DNA of 63,971 nucleotides, the filler included, from Choristocarpus tenellus KU-1152 (taxonomy: Eukaryota > Protista > Phaeophyceae), in assembly GCA_964200185.2 (NCBI GenBank). It is 11 parts of 11 records of this genome, joined end to end, with 100 filler letters (N's around TTAATTAATTAA, not from the genome) between each part and the next. Parts side by side here need not be neighbours in the genome. Positions count along the whole stretch, not along the records: positions 1 to 3,935 come from CAXNAD020017065.1; positions 4,036 to 8,637 come from CAXNAD020013838.1; positions 8,738 to 11,470 come from CAXNAD020025215.1; positions 11,571 to 14,558 come from CAXNAD020023113.1; 7 more parts are not named here. One strand, given 5' to 3'. Position 1 is the first letter of the stretch. Each line of letters starts with the position of its first letter. The notes below the pieces were generated by a model, which was given only the letters and a program-made list of their open reading frames with translations, was not told the DNA's origin and searched no databases. Both the position numbers and the translations under genes were made by a program. Below, one piece after another: positions 1 to 13,078 of this stretch.

Positions 1-84
1 CCCCTCCTTGGATGTCAAATGAAATCGCCTCGTCTCCCTCTCACCCCTCCCTTCCCCTCCCCTCCCCCCAACCATTCGACAAAC

Positions 85-2437
85 CTGGATGTCTGACAAG
101 TCAGGCATGATGTAAGCAGTGAGATCGTACTCTAATACTGAAAGCTCGTCTGGGAGGGCGACCACTGCATCCCCTGGTATCATGGCACCTTCACCCCCGG
201 AGAAGCCGACGCCTACCCAACCCTCTCCAGCATGCACGGCCTAATACAATGTCACCATTGTTTAGGTGTGAGGTGGAAGATAAAAAAATATAATATACAT
301 TTTTTCTTAAATATATATATATGGAGAGAGTAAATGATAAAAAGGCTGTTTCTAAGCAGAAAAAGAAACCATCCACGGACCCTACCATGCAACATTTTTT
401 TTTCAGGGTCTTTCTGTCCACAGTTCGGTACTAACACTCAGTACCTACCTCCCTTCCACACACTTGGTTAAAATCCAACCAACACATAAGAACACTACGG
501 TGACCTACAGGAACAAATCCCTCGCCCCCCCCTCCCACCCCCAAAATGTATCAAAAGTGGGATCACCCTCTCTGAATAAACAACAACTGGCTCGTACTAT
601 CCTAGGGGGGGAAAGGGGTGCTTCGACCAGGTTGTCCATTCGGGGCATTATTGGGCACTACTATAAGGGTACTCTAGTTTGATGCCTGTTTTTGCCAGTG
701 ATTTTTTTTTAATTCTTACTTCCAGGCAGGGGGTTGCAAATGAAGGTGTGTTCAGATAAAGGAAATTGCCCTTGAATCTCACATGTTTACTCAAACGAGA
801 AGAAAGTCAAAATCACTATAGGGTCACACCGGCTCCAAATGGACACCCAACCCACCCCCTCTAGGATACTATAGACCAATTGCTTGTAGGGGCAAAACGT
901 GATGTGAAACAGGCGGGGCTCACAGGTATCCGAAAACCTCTCAGAAACACCTAAGGCCTACACAACGACACCTGCGATACTATACACAACAAACACACCT
1001 ATTCGCCAGCCTCTCATCATCCAACAAAATGGTTAAACATGGACAAAAACACTTTTTCACCACCCCACTCATCCAGCCAAAGAGTTATACACACACCCCA
1101 TCTCTCTCCATACCTCACCAACTCTCACACCACACACAAACACAATCACACCTTCATGGATATTTCACTTGTGTCCTCATGGATACTCCAGAACAGGGTC
1201 AGGTCGTCCTCCGGCGATGTCTCAAAGTCGAAGTTCGGATCAGAACTATTACATTGTTCACCTGTAACCAACGCCTCCTCGTTGACATCGTCATCATCCT
1301 CCTCACTCTCCATACAAAACAGATCCAGGGATGTCACACCCCGGCTACTTTCATGATACCCTAGGTCGTTTTCAGAGCCTGCTGCCCAAATCAAGATTGT
1401 GGTGTCCCCTGCTGTGGCTGACAGCTGCTGCTTGCCTTCACCCATTGGGTCAAGGGGTCTGGTGAAGGTGATGGTTGTCTGATCAGCTTCTTGAGTCACG
1501 GAGGTGGACGAGATCTCCTGTGTCTCCGACTCTTCAGGAAGTGTAGTCTGATCCTAGTGTGGTTGGGTGGACAAGAGGGTTGCGGGAAAGGGGAAATTAG
1601 CTATGGTGTTGAGCAAAAGCCCATCTATGGTCAACAGCTACAACATTAGTGTTCATGTCCGCTTAGTTGGAACCATCACTACAGTCTTGATGAAACAATA
1701 TCCTCACATTCAGACCATCTGAATATAAACAATCGCGACAACCTCGCTAATAAAACATACTCACACACACAGGCAGTCAGTCATCCATCACCATCACACC
1801 CCACCTTGGATGTGAGGTCATATTCCAAAACTGACTGATCGTTGGGCAGACCAATCACGGCATCCGACCCAATCATGTCTCCAGTATCTGAGAACCCCAA
1901 GGACACCCAACCTGTGCCAGTGTATGTCACCTTTGCAATGTTGAGATGTTGAAACGAAAAAAGGTGGTATTGTAGGGGCGGATGTCAGCACATGCACTTG
2001 TGCAATTGTGTGCAGATAAAACTTCAAGTATATGGAAAATAGATTTGTTTTATCACAGTGCATGGAAGGTCACGGATGTGAAGGTAGGCAGAAACTGTAA
2101 GACACTGAAAGTACAACGGGGTACTTCAGAAAGGACTTCAGACTCATCAGTTACTCGGAATGCCGCCACATCCATCATCTGAGCTGCACAGCAGTGGGAG
2201 ATGTTAATTGAGGGAAGTATAACAGGTAGTGGACTGACTATATCAGGTAAGTTGTTCTTTCTTGCCGGCATTTCGGAAATGAAACCCCACATAGCTACAT
2301 CTACATCAAGGGAGAAACCCCTTGTCCAAATTATATAATCCAAAGCCCTCAATACTATTCATCATTACCTTGAATGACACCAACTCTGCATTCTCGTCTA
2401 TACTCCAGAAGACTGTCAAGTCTGTCTCAGGGGTGAT
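85..2437 (-). CDS. Tandem DOMON-domain protein, partial; exons 2437-2369, 1930-1805, 1553-1152, 240-85
   Basis: All four exons are AG/GT-bounded and phase 0. They splice to ITPETDLTVFWSIDEN..VSFK|VTYTGTGWVSLGFSDTGDMIGSDAVIGLP..VLEYDL..TTITFTRPL..ILIWAAG..LGYH..RG, then a second repeat LTLFWSI..|AVHAGEGWVGVGFSGGEGAMIPGDAVVALP. These are classic DOMON motifs (GWVxxGF, M-x-G-x-D, TFTRPL, IWAxG, YH). Confidence 0.88.
589..876. mobile_element. MITE family C copy (~290 bp), intronic
   Basis: Imperfect inverted ends GGCTCGTACTATCCTAGGGG / CCCCCTCTAGGATACTATAGACC; flanks aact/aatt; internal sequence is homologous to 47537-47810. Confidence 0.6.
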
Positions 2438-3935
2438 CTGACGAGAAATAAATGGACAAAAAAGAGTGTATTAACGGCATACGTGGTTGATGAGTCGTGG
2501 TATCGACACGTTATACATAGGGGATACGCACTATTAACTCACGTTTGCATTTTGGACTATGTATGCATCGAGCCTGCTGAGTGGGGGTGGGTTGGGGGAT
2601 AAATTTGTGGCGTTTGTGTCGACTTCAGCGAGAAACTCTAGGAGAGGTACACGTAATTGTTACCTCATGGTACATTGCAGCACATACGGATATTTCTGGC
2701 TTGCCTGACATTGGCAACAAAGAACAAAATAACTATGCCTCCGAGTAAGGCATGATGGTACATACGCCAACCTTCAAACTCCACCTCGTTCATAGGTACT
2801 AAGGTCAACTTCAATCGTTGTACCCCCAAGACCCCAGTCAACTTGATCAACGCAGACAGTACTACCTGGGGATTCAATGTACTGTTACAGAGGCAGTCGT
2901 GAGTACTCCGCCCTACACTTTGCCCAGCCAGATCTATTGCTTTACTTCAACTACACAGAATGGACAACAAATGTCATGAAAGGAAGGTCTTTGAAGATGA
3001 ACACATGCGTCAAAGATATTCCCATTCATGATAAACAGTATCAGGCAAGGATGGATATCATAATCGCAATTCGCTTAAACAATCATCTCTAGCAAACTCA
3101 CTCTATCCTACCCCTCCCCTTCCCAGTCCCATTTACAAACCTCGTAGATAAATCCTGCCTCCTCTGTTGTGGAGCAAGTCTGAGCATTGACTAGGCGCCC
3201 CAACAAACAAGCACAGGCGGACCCCACAAAAATTGACCATCGCGATTTCATTTGCACACAGCTCTGAGGTTCAAATGGATCTCCTTGTCTTGCACGTGCA
3301 GGTCTTTTTCACTGCACTCTCTTGCAAGTAGGTTACTCTCCCTCCTCGTTTCTCGGTACAATGCCTTACAATGGTTTGCTGTATCCACTGTCGACTATTT
3401 CATGGTTCCTACAACATCCACTACCATCATTTCTTTGGACAGGTTAAAATTAAAGATGTGTGGTGTCTTCCATAGTTCTGAGGATATGTGCGTTGATTGA
3501 TAGATTGCTATATAGATCATTAATAGAATGTCGGCGGAACAAGAAATTGGTAATTTTATTTGTGGCGTTGACATATACTACAAATATACCAAGCTGACCC
3601 TATTGAATCAGTTGGCGATATCAATTTTCTGTATTTTCTCCACCGTTCCACTTCACCATTCCATTTATTTCATCGTTCCATTTCACTGTTCCATTTATTT
3701 CATCGTTCTATTTCACCGTTCCATTTCACGTACGTCCACGGTATTGCTGAGGGAATCTTCCCTAAATTGCCAATAAAGGTCTGCCTCTAAAAAAAAATAC
3801 ATACAGTACCTACCTCGAATTTATACCACCTATTATGTACCAAACCTATTTTTGTACCGCTTTTTTCGACATACTAAAAAAAATAGGCTTTTGTACCGGA
3901 ATTCTCGTATTCGGGCGACTTGGTAGAAACTCCCA

Positions 3936-4035
3936 NNNNNNNNNNNNNNNNNNNNNNNNNNNNNNNNNNNNNNNNNNNNTTAATTAATTAANNNNNNNNN
4001 NNNNNNNNNNNNNNNNNNNNNNNNNNNNNNNNNNN
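3936..4035. other. Artificial contig linker N44-TTAATTAATTAA-N44 (also 8638-8737, 11471-11570, 14559-14658, 19017-19116, 26761-26860, 31344-31443, 42923-43022, 56894-56993, 61330-61429)
   Basis: Identical 100-nt N-padded spacer with stops in all six frames, present ten times. Confidence 0.98.
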
Positions 4036-4280
4036 GGGGGGAAGTGGTCTAGGAGTGGGAGGAGGGGCTGGGGCTGCTATAGCTACAGGGTGAGTGGACA
4101 AGTATGTTTTGTGTTGAATTGAATTGAATTGAATTATTAGTTTGTATTTTGCTTTTTATTGTGTGTCAGTATTGAGCAGAGATGTGAGTAAGAGATATCG
4201 GCATTTTTTTTTTTGAACAGAAAGGGTTTCGACTTTAGTGAGCAGTAGAGTATGACTAAGAATAAATAAAATTCTTCACA

Positions 4281-4338
<58 letters not shown>
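4281..4338. repeat. Compound (AT)n(GT)n microsatellite
   Basis: Directly visible. Confidence 0.95.
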
Positions 4339-4340
<2 letters not shown>

Positions 4341-4375
4341 GCATGGAATTGCTTGTAGCGCTTATTGGTAAATGA

Positions 4376-4655
4376 GAGTGAAAGTATCTCAAAGGGTAGG
4401 AGTTTTGCCCTGCTTGTCCATTTGTGGGACTTGTCCATTTGTGTGAATTGTCTTCCCATGGGTTCCTTCGTTACATTTTGCTACTTCAAAATGTTGAGGA
4501 GTAGGTAAAATGTATACCTAATGAAAAGGTGTGCCCAAAACATGAATATTGACACTTCCTAACAAACATGATAGACAAAATTTTATCAAAAAATATCAAC
4601 ATTGGGTTTTGGCCTCCAAGTGGACGCGGCTCTACCCTCTAAGATACTTTGTCTC
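4376..4655 (-). mobile_element. MITE family A copy
   Basis: TIR GAGTGAAAGTATCTCAAAGGGTA ... TACCCTCTAAGATACTTTGTCTC; 3-bp TSD tga. Confidence 0.85.
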
Positions 4656-6483
4656 TGAAAAATGTCATACATTTCTGTCAAGTGATGGTTTTTACAAGTT
4701 GATGGGAAATGTAAGTTTCAGGATTGCTTATCTGTCCACATTTATTTATTGTTTATAGCATTGTCTTGTGTGCACACTTGCTTTCACTGACTTTGGTACC
4801 AAATGTGACCACTCTGACCACTCGGTGGTCTTGAAAGTACCAAATTGATGAGTGAATGGTATCAATATATATATATATATATTAGGGTTAGGGTAGTTCT
4901 ATGCAGTAATGGTGACATAGCTCTTGAGCAGACTTGCCATGGGTGCAGGGTACCTAGCGTAAACATGTCAGATATCAGTGGAGCAGTGTATTACTGGACT
5001 GTGAAACAAACTGATGACAATACACCGGCAAATATATATACCTTATGTACATTGGGGGTGTACCTTCTAAAGTCACACCGATATGTTGATCTGCCCCGAT
5101 TTATAGCTGTTGAGAAATCTCCTGATTTGGCCTTAAATCATCACCCCAGTGTCTTTTGCTTCCATTTGATACCATGTATAAAAAAATAATTTAATAAATA
5201 AAAAATAAATAATGTAATGTGAATACCACCTAGACACTGTACATTACAGAAGGTGGTCTCGCAATGGTTTGGAAGAGTCTCTATAGGTTACGTATAAGCG
5301 CTGCTGGGGTAAGTCCAATGCGGACAAGAAAGGGATGTGAAGGACGGAATCAGGAGAGAGGCATTGCTGTATGGTATAATGGTTGACTTGCTGGTTTTTA
5401 ATCCCTTGAAGTCTTGGGTATGTGCAGTGTACGCTGGCAACATCTAGAGATTAAGATATATATTCCCTAACCCTAACCCTGAGGCACACCTTTTTAGTGA
5501 AAGTAAGACACTATCAAGGTATGGTATGAATGAATACCATACAGAGTAGGTAGTTATTTGAGAGCCAACGTTTTAGAAGTACAGTATGATTCAAAGAGAG
5601 TGGTGGAAGAATGGGTATGGAATTGCTTGTAACGTTTGCGGTATATATGTAATGTCATGTATTGTCGTACCATCCTGTAGACTACCCGATTCCAAGTCAG
5701 AGGAAAAAACTGAGAAATTTCCCAAGTAGTTGGATTTTTTTTTTGTAAATCTATCCATGCGGGAGGAGAAAGGTATGCACTAATATTTTTTGTTTTTAAA
5801 GGACTTGGAATAATAATATGAATAATATGTGTTCTTTTTTTGTCACAGAACACCTGTTCGTGAGGAACTGAACCTATTTTTTGTTCTACATCCCTTCACT
5901 CCAACCCCCCCAAACTATTACTATTACTATTACTATTACTACTGTGACAATGTACCCAGTGTCTTCTTGAATCCATACTATTTTATTTTTCAATGACTAG
6001 GAAAACATTTTGAAGTGTTTTATTCTTTGTTGAGTGGAGAGAAGCGACTCACCCTTCCTTGCAAGGGTGGTCTTTTTGTGGCAAGATGGAACACACCATT
6101 CAAGTTTCATTTTAATAAAACCATTGCGGGAACCTCCAAATGTAAATTTCTCTTGGACTTCTCCGGGTTTTATCTGGGGTGGCTGTGGCAGAATAGAGCC
6201 AGCTATGGAACGGTTTTTGCTAGTACCTGCATTAATTTCGTGGGTTCAGGTCCCTTCGACTTCACATTTTTTCTTTTCATGCAAATATGTGGTGGAAGAA
6301 TAGAAAAAAAATGTTTTGCTGTTTCCTGCATCAATTTCATGGGTTCAAACCCCATCGAAGTCAAAATCTTTTCCATGAAGAGGGACATTGTAAAAAAACC
6401 CTGCTACAGAAAAGAAGGGAATGGGATCAGTATGACAATGGTCCCAGATATCCAGTTTTTCATGTCTAGCAGTGGCTACTATT

Positions 6484-6486
<3 letters not shown>

Positions 6487-6515
<29 letters not shown>

Positions 6516-6546
6516 CATACATACATACATACATACATACATACAT
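6487..6546. repeat. (TACA)n microsatellite
   Basis: Directly visible. Confidence 0.95.
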
Positions 6547-7928
6547 AGTACATATTTTGGAGTGTTGTCCATCATGAAATATATTGGTTGGTACAAACCT
6601 AATCAGATATTTTTTTTAAATAATTTTTCAGAGAGGGCTCACAACCAAGTCATTTTAATGTCCAGCGGAGAAGTCCTTGCCCCCCAAAATACTACCAAGT
6701 AAGAAATAGTTACGTATGTGTTGTAGAAATAGTAGAAGTGCTCACCAAAAGTGATAATTGAGCAACGTGTATTGACAAGTGTGTAGTGATCTACATTGAA
6801 ATTCCCTCCACTTTTTGTTTTCTAGTTTTAAAAAAACAAAAATCATCCCCCCTTCCCCACAAAATAAAATATAATTGTGTTCATCTTCACCCTTTTTGTG
6901 ATGCCTGCCCATTGTCCATTGCACAAAATATTTCTTTTGCTGGTTGTCGTGTTTGTGCCTCCGGAATGGTTTGTGGCTTCACTGTTTTGTGCACAGCCAA
7001 GTGGGAGATGGGGTGGCAGGGGTGAATGCGGAGGGGGAGGGCATAACACCTTCAGAAAAGCGTACAGTGGTGAAATTTGGACTGGGGATGAAGAAGAAAG
7101 CTGGGGGGTTCAGGAGACGATAATAATCTTGTTCTGTTTCCCAAAAAAGAGAAGAAAAAAGTGTTAATCATTGGAGGAGTTGACTGTTTTTTGCATGTGG
7201 CATACTGATTCATTTAACCATTTTGTTTGGCGTGCTGTGTTTCTAATTTTATATGTGAAATGATATGGTATGGGGGAGTTGAGTTAAGTTGAGTAGAGCC
7301 GAGTTGTTTTTTTAAAAATTGATTTGATTGCTGCAATAAGTGATGTTACATTTTTTGTTCTGTGTGTACGTGTGGTGTGAGTTCGTCGTTTGGTTAATAC
7401 CAATGCAAGATAGTAATATTCTTTGTTTTGTGGCATGAATTATGTGTACGAGTAAACAGTTGGGAGTGCTCAGTATGGTTCGGGGTTCAGTGAGGCCTTT
7501 GCCAAGGGGGGTGCGTCCTTGTTTCTATGTTACTTCCTATGTTATTGTTGAACAAAAGAAACTTTCTATAGTACTGACTGTTGTGATTTAGAGGGTCAGC
7601 ACCAGAGGTATGATGTTCCTGAACAATAGTATGTTTACATCAGGAGAACAGAGAAGAAATGCCAAGCGGTAGGGGAAGGGTGAGGTATCAAGGCAATGTC
7701 ATCTGAGAGGTATACCTTCTAGCGGTTGATTTGGTCCCTTTTGAGTTTCAAGGCCACCTTTTTGGACCTTATGCATTATACACCATGCCCATGCCTGAAT
7801 TGCTGTTCATCCCCACTATGAGGGTGTGGTTTTAGAGCGAGACAAAAGAGTGAACAAATTTTTAGCCAAATGTGTGTTTCCCAAAAGCATGTTAGCCAAA
7901 CAAACGTTCCACAGTTACGGGAAAAGTA

Positions 7929-8637
7929 CTTCCTTCCTCTGTTCGGAATTGAATGTAACATACATTTTGTAGCCATGATGAAGAAGCAAATATGCTTTTT
8001 CACGTTTTGATATTTTTGAGGTGTAATGTGGAGACAATAAAAGGTTGCTCACCAAAATCTCGAGCAAAATGGGGCACCCTACATCTGTCTATGATTCTGC
8101 CCTCGAAGCCTTCGAAAACCTCCATTCCAACACAGTATTTCACATAATCCACCGGGGCATGCAGAAGGAGCTTGTTCGCCTTCTCGACCTTTTCCTTGTT
8201 AAATTGGGGAATTTTGAAGATGTTGTCACCCTTGGACCCTAGCACTTCACCATACACTGCGAAGAGCCTCCACCAGACGTGCTCTATTGTGATCTCCACC
8301 AGGTCATCCGTGTTGATCGCCCCCACATCTTCCTTTAGTTGCTGGTGGAATGAAATAATCTCAGGTTGTTGACATTGAGGTCAGGTGAGTTGGCTGGCTG
8401 GGTCTCTATGACCATGTTGTCCCGAGTTGCCTCCTCAATTGCCTCCATGATCCCCTTGTTGGTGTGTGACTTTGCTCATCCTGCTGCATGAAGATGGTGT
8501 GTCCTTCCGGCCTGGGCATGTGGGCCTTGATTGCTGGGAGGATATCCTTTGTCATGAGCTCCTTACACCTCTCCCCGCCCGCCATGGCTGGCACAAGCAC
8601 CTTGGTGCCCCTTTGGGCAACATTTGCTGGAGCACTG
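7929..8637 (-). mobile_element. Decayed Tc1/mariner transposon (plant-mariner/DD39D-like motifs), 3' part plus one TIR
   Basis: Frameshifted peptide ILPAIKAHMP..IFMQQD(G)AKSH..QPANSPDLNV.NL.LFHS..GDNIFKIP; end reads TA|CTTCCTTCCTCTGTTCGGAATT, resembling the CTCCCTCC Stowaway/mariner TIR with a TA TSD. Confidence 0.8.
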
Positions 8638-8737
8638 NNNNNNNNNNNNNNNNNNNNNNNNNNNNNNNNNNNNNNNNNNNNTTAATTAATTAANNNNNNN
8701 NNNNNNNNNNNNNNNNNNNNNNNNNNNNNNNNNNNNN

Positions 8738-8800
8738 ATCTTACACAATTGATTGAATCTTGCACAAGTGATTGAATCTTACACAAGTCATTGAATCTTA
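8738..8800. repeat. 19-bp tandem repeat x3 (ATCTTACACAAGTGATTGA-like)
   Basis: Directly visible at contig start. Confidence 0.8.
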
Positions 8801-9017
8801 TCTCCTTACTCTTCGATATCGGTTTTCAAACCCATCGCATGGTTGGTACGTGATGCATGTGGAACAAAAATGTTACAACTTCTTTTTTTGCTGGTAGTAC
8901 CAGGCTGAGAGCAGTGCCAATTTTTGAAGAAAAACAAAAATGATGTGTAGTTTCCTTTTTATTTATTTTTTTCTTAGTATCGTACGTATTAATCAGCCAA
9001 TAGGATGAATCGGTTCA

Positions 9018-9054
<37 letters not shown>

Positions 9055-9214
9055 TTATGCCCTACATCATTATTTTTTTCATTGTAAACTTTGTGCAAGC
9101 GATACTGTGTATTTGGTGTAAGTTGTTTTTTTAATATAGTATACTAGGTGTATGTATGTATGTATCATACATACATGTGCATTGTATGTCCTTTTTTTCT
9201 TAATGAACCAATAG

Positions 9215-11207
9215 GAGCTAGCTATAGCAAAGAAATCGGCAGTGTGTCAACTCTTGACGAGAAATTGGAGATTTCTGCCAATCAGATACTGTGGGATTCG
9301 GCAGATTTGGTGTGACAGTACAAGGTATACCTCCGATATACACATATGCCACTGACGGTATACATTCATCACTTCATACCGTTGTGTGTGTGTGTTTTGT
9401 TTTTTTTAAATCAAATTTATTCGGAGCCTTCCGTCCACTCTGTCGCTTCTTTATTGTCTTCCCTGCTTGCGACATCCTCTGCTCCTTAAGTGCGAACAGT
9501 TGTTCTGTTAATTAATAAATATTGTTTGTTATTGCTTTTGAGATCTGGGCATGGATCAGGGCATGGATCAGGAAGGCGTTAGAGAACATTGTACCAAATA
9601 AAGTACACGCCATCTTGTGTACAAGAGTAGTGAGTGCACTACGATAGCTGATGCTTACACTTTTTTTTTATGTTTTCTGTGGGTTTTGTAGCGTAATAGT
9701 AACAAAGATGATAATGTTGGTGGTGTAAATGATCATCGTGAAGTACTACTCTCAGTAATGAAAAGGCTGCAGATTGTACTATGCATACTATCGAATTTTC
9801 AGAATTCTGTACATATATACACACACACATACACACACACACATACATACAAACATACACATACATACACACATACACACATACACACATACATACATAC
9901 ATACATACACACATACATTATATTGTTCGTTCCTGCCGAATCATCTTTTTCGTATTCTTTTTCGTAAACCAAACTCCCCCCCCCAAAAAAAGTTGGTGGA
10001 AATGGGTGCCAAGTTTTACGTGACAGAAGAGGACCTGCAGCTCTTGTCCAAGGGGCTGTACACCTCGGTGCTAGGAGACACGGTGTCATCTCTCAGGCAT
10101 GATGGTAGCGACCTTGGTGATATTTGCACGCTGAAGCAAACCCTGGGACTGAGTCCTGCGGACACTGCTGCCTGCCACCAGCAGGTGAGGATGCGCGTCC
10201 TTGTGAGTTTCTCTTTTGGAGTGTGAGTTATGACCAACTCACATCTGTTGGTGCAGTACTGTTTTGTCTGTGTCGTAGTATTATGTGTGTTTCTGTGCTT
10301 AATGTGTAGTGTATAATGTGGGTGATATCATCTAGAAAGGGGGTTGTTGTAGAGTTTGAAGGGGTCCCTATGACTCCCTTGCGATACATGTGATGATCTA
10401 TACTGCACAGGTTTTGAAGATGATCTCACACTCAACAACACCAAAGTCGACCTCCATCATGTGAGATGTTTTAACTAATCTCTGTATATTTATGTGCGTG
10501 GGTGTGGGTGTGTGTGGGTGTATACATTATGTACATTTGTATAATTTTATCTCAGCTTTTTTGTATTTCCTGTAGACATTTGGTAGTATCGAGGGGGGAA
10601 AGCAACAACAAATACATGAATATATTTACCTTTTTTTGTCTCCTTTAAAATCTAATTGTTGGTGAACTGTAGTAGTAATGCCTGTTAGCCAATCAAACGT
10701 TTCGATTGTCGTTACTGTGCTCTTTGAAAATCATTGTGTGACTTTTTTTTGTATATTCTCTTCAAAAATCCTTTTCTTTTCTTCTTAAAAAAAAAAAGAA
10801 AGAAAGAAAGGCAGTACGTGAAGTGGTTATCAACCGACTCTAGAGTACCCACGTCCCTTGAAGCATGGTATGTGGGGACCTTGACCATGGCTGCGTGATT
10901 ATTCCACTCCGCTACTGACTACCCGCAGCTGTGTTCAGTGCGTTTGGTGCGTTTGGTGCGTGCGCTTCGATTCCTCTACTTGATTTTTTTTTTTTTTTAT
11001 TCCCCACATTTTTTTTTTCCTCTTTTTTTGTTTTGCGCTGAACTGTTCCAGGTTATCTCTGATGTGCTTAGAGGGGTGGGCCCGGAGGTGAACATGGACA
11101 AGCTTGTCTTCCTCTCGGAGCGCATGTTCTATCAGGAGGGGACTTCCGACGCCGGATACTTGGACCAGTGCGCCAGGCTGAGGGACCAGTTGGGGGGCAT
11201 GACGCAG
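9215..11207 (+). CDS. Tic110-like / alpha-solenoid plastid envelope protein, partial; exons 9215-9309 (tentative), 9993-10184, 11052-11207
   Basis: AG/GT-bounded, phase-compatible exons give LVEMGAKFYV..LYTSVL..DLGDICTLKQTLGLSPADTAACHQQ|V..MDKLVFLSERMF. This resembles the Tic110 N-terminal pattern K.ALG..D.DAA..H...KL.YVS..VF from memory. Exons are confident; the family call is weaker. Confidence 0.55.
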
Positions 11208-11999
11208 GTGATAAAATAAAAAAAATAAAAAAAAGGAATATAGGAGTAGCGGTGGAGGCTGACGTTGTTGTTGCCGCAGTGTGCGCCATCAATGACTTTA
11301 AAGACGCTGCGGGCATACTTTTTTTCTTTTTTTTTGTTGATTGTTTTGGGAAGGAAATTGTTCGCGGGAGAGACGTAGTTGTAGACAGTGTGTAGACTGT
11401 GTATAATAACTGTATGGTGTTCTGCAATTAGTGTGTTCGTTTTTTTTGTTTTGTTTTTTTTTGGGGGGGTNNNNNNNNNNNNNNNNNNNNNNNNNNNNNN
11501 NNNNNNNNNNNNNNTTAATTAATTAANNNNNNNNNNNNNNNNNNNNNNNNNNNNNNNNNNNNNNNNNNNNTGAACCTTTCTTTCTCCTTTTTTTTTTTCT
11601 CTTTTTTTGGGTTGTCTTTTTTTTTTTTTCTTCTTTTTCCTCCCCCCCCCCCCCCCCCCCCTTTTTTTTTCCTGTGTGACTGATGCGTGATGAGAAGTGC
11701 TTTTTTGGACTTGATCAACCTGATATGACACATTACATATGACACATGACACATGACACATGACGTTTGTGGGTGGTATCGCATCGAATTCACGTACGAA
11801 TTCTTTCCTTATTTTCTCTTCTCTTCTCTTCTCTTCTCTTCTCTTTCAAACGATGTCAACACTCGGTTAAAAAAAAAAGAAGTATATATATATATATATA
11901 TATAATATATATATATATGTATGTATTTTTTTTAACGACAAGGAAACACTTGATTTTTGCAGCATACACTTAAATTTTTTCTTTCCTTATATCTCTCAG

Positions 12000-12824
12000 G
12001 TGGAACAGTTACAAGATCGGACGCACTTATCCAGTGAGTCAGAACCAGCTTAAGATGCAGACAGGCCTCGATGGCAAGGTGAGCAGAGCCTGGTTGTTGT
12101 ATCTACTTTTTGTTCCACTTTTTTTTTTGTTCCATTGTACATACACAAACGCAATCAATGAATGGTGTAGGTAGTGCGTACTTTTGTTTCAAATTATATT
12201 TATTTCTAAATATTTTTATTCATTTTATTGTTCTAGTTTTTGCGTTAGATATCACAAATTGTGTGTGTGTGTTTGTGTGTGTGTATGTGTGTTTAAAAAA
12301 AACTCGAGCGTCATGGTTGGGCATCAGCTGCAAGCACTAATGTTCTGTTTAAAAAAAAATGTTTTGATGTGTTTTTTTCTGGTCGATTTTAACTCACGGG
12401 AACAAGATAAATAAAATAAAACAAAATATATAAAATAAAACAAAAAGTCAAGGAAGAAATCTATTCTTTTCTGTGACACAATTATGAAAAGAACATTTTT
12501 TTTTTCTTTCTAATCTAGTTTCTAATTTTTTTGTTCCAAAAAAGCACTGTTACATATTTTTGTTTTTGGTAAAGTCTCGCCTGAAGCAAAAAAAAAGATT
12601 TGCTACCCTCATCTCATCTTTTGATTTCTCACCTCACCCTACCCCCTGCCATACTCTACCTACCTTCTGTTAAAAAAAAAAAATGGGATGGAAGGTCTTA
12701 GCTGCAGATGATGGAAAAATGGACGACCTCAAGTGGGCCCTAGGAGGTGTTTGTCTCTTCAGTTTCATTGCTGCGGTGGGTTCAGGATTTGCTTTGGGAG
12801 GCAATCTTGGGGCGTCATTTACAT
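12000..12824 (+). CDS. Membrane protein, partial (possibly VIR3/peptidase-M41-like plastid family); exons 12000-12078, 12695-12824
   Basis: Spliced frame WNSYKIGRTYPVSQNQLKMQTGLDGK|VLAADDGKMDDLKWALGGVCLFSFIAAVGSGFALGGNLGASFT with a hydrophobic TM segment; canonical GT donors. The family guess is weak. Confidence 0.5.
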
Positions 12825-12841
12825 GTGAGAGTCAGTTCCCT

Positions 12842-12880
<39 letters not shown>

Positions 12881-12960
12881 ATGACTATTCTAGGGAAGAA
12901 AACATTTGCCATTTAAAATGGTACGGGTCTTTATTCTTCGACTCTTTTTCTTTTCATTAT

Positions 12961-13078
12961 TTTACTTTTTATTACTTTACTTACTTTACTTTACTTTACT
13001 CCACTCTATTCTATTCTACTCTACTCTACTCTGCTCTGCTCTGCTCTACTCTACTTTACCTTACCTTACCTTACCTTC
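12961..13078. repeat. Drifting pentanucleotide microsatellite (TTTAC to CTACT to CTGCT to CTTAC)
   Basis: Directly visible. Confidence 0.85.

Noticed and set aside
2543-2912. Additional upstream exons of the DOMON gene
   Set aside because: Splice-like signals exist but phases and peptide could not be reconciled with confidence.
9639-10089. ORFs rich in YIHT or MYVC repeats (also around 6345-6702 and 13614-13808)
   Set aside because: Microsatellite translations.
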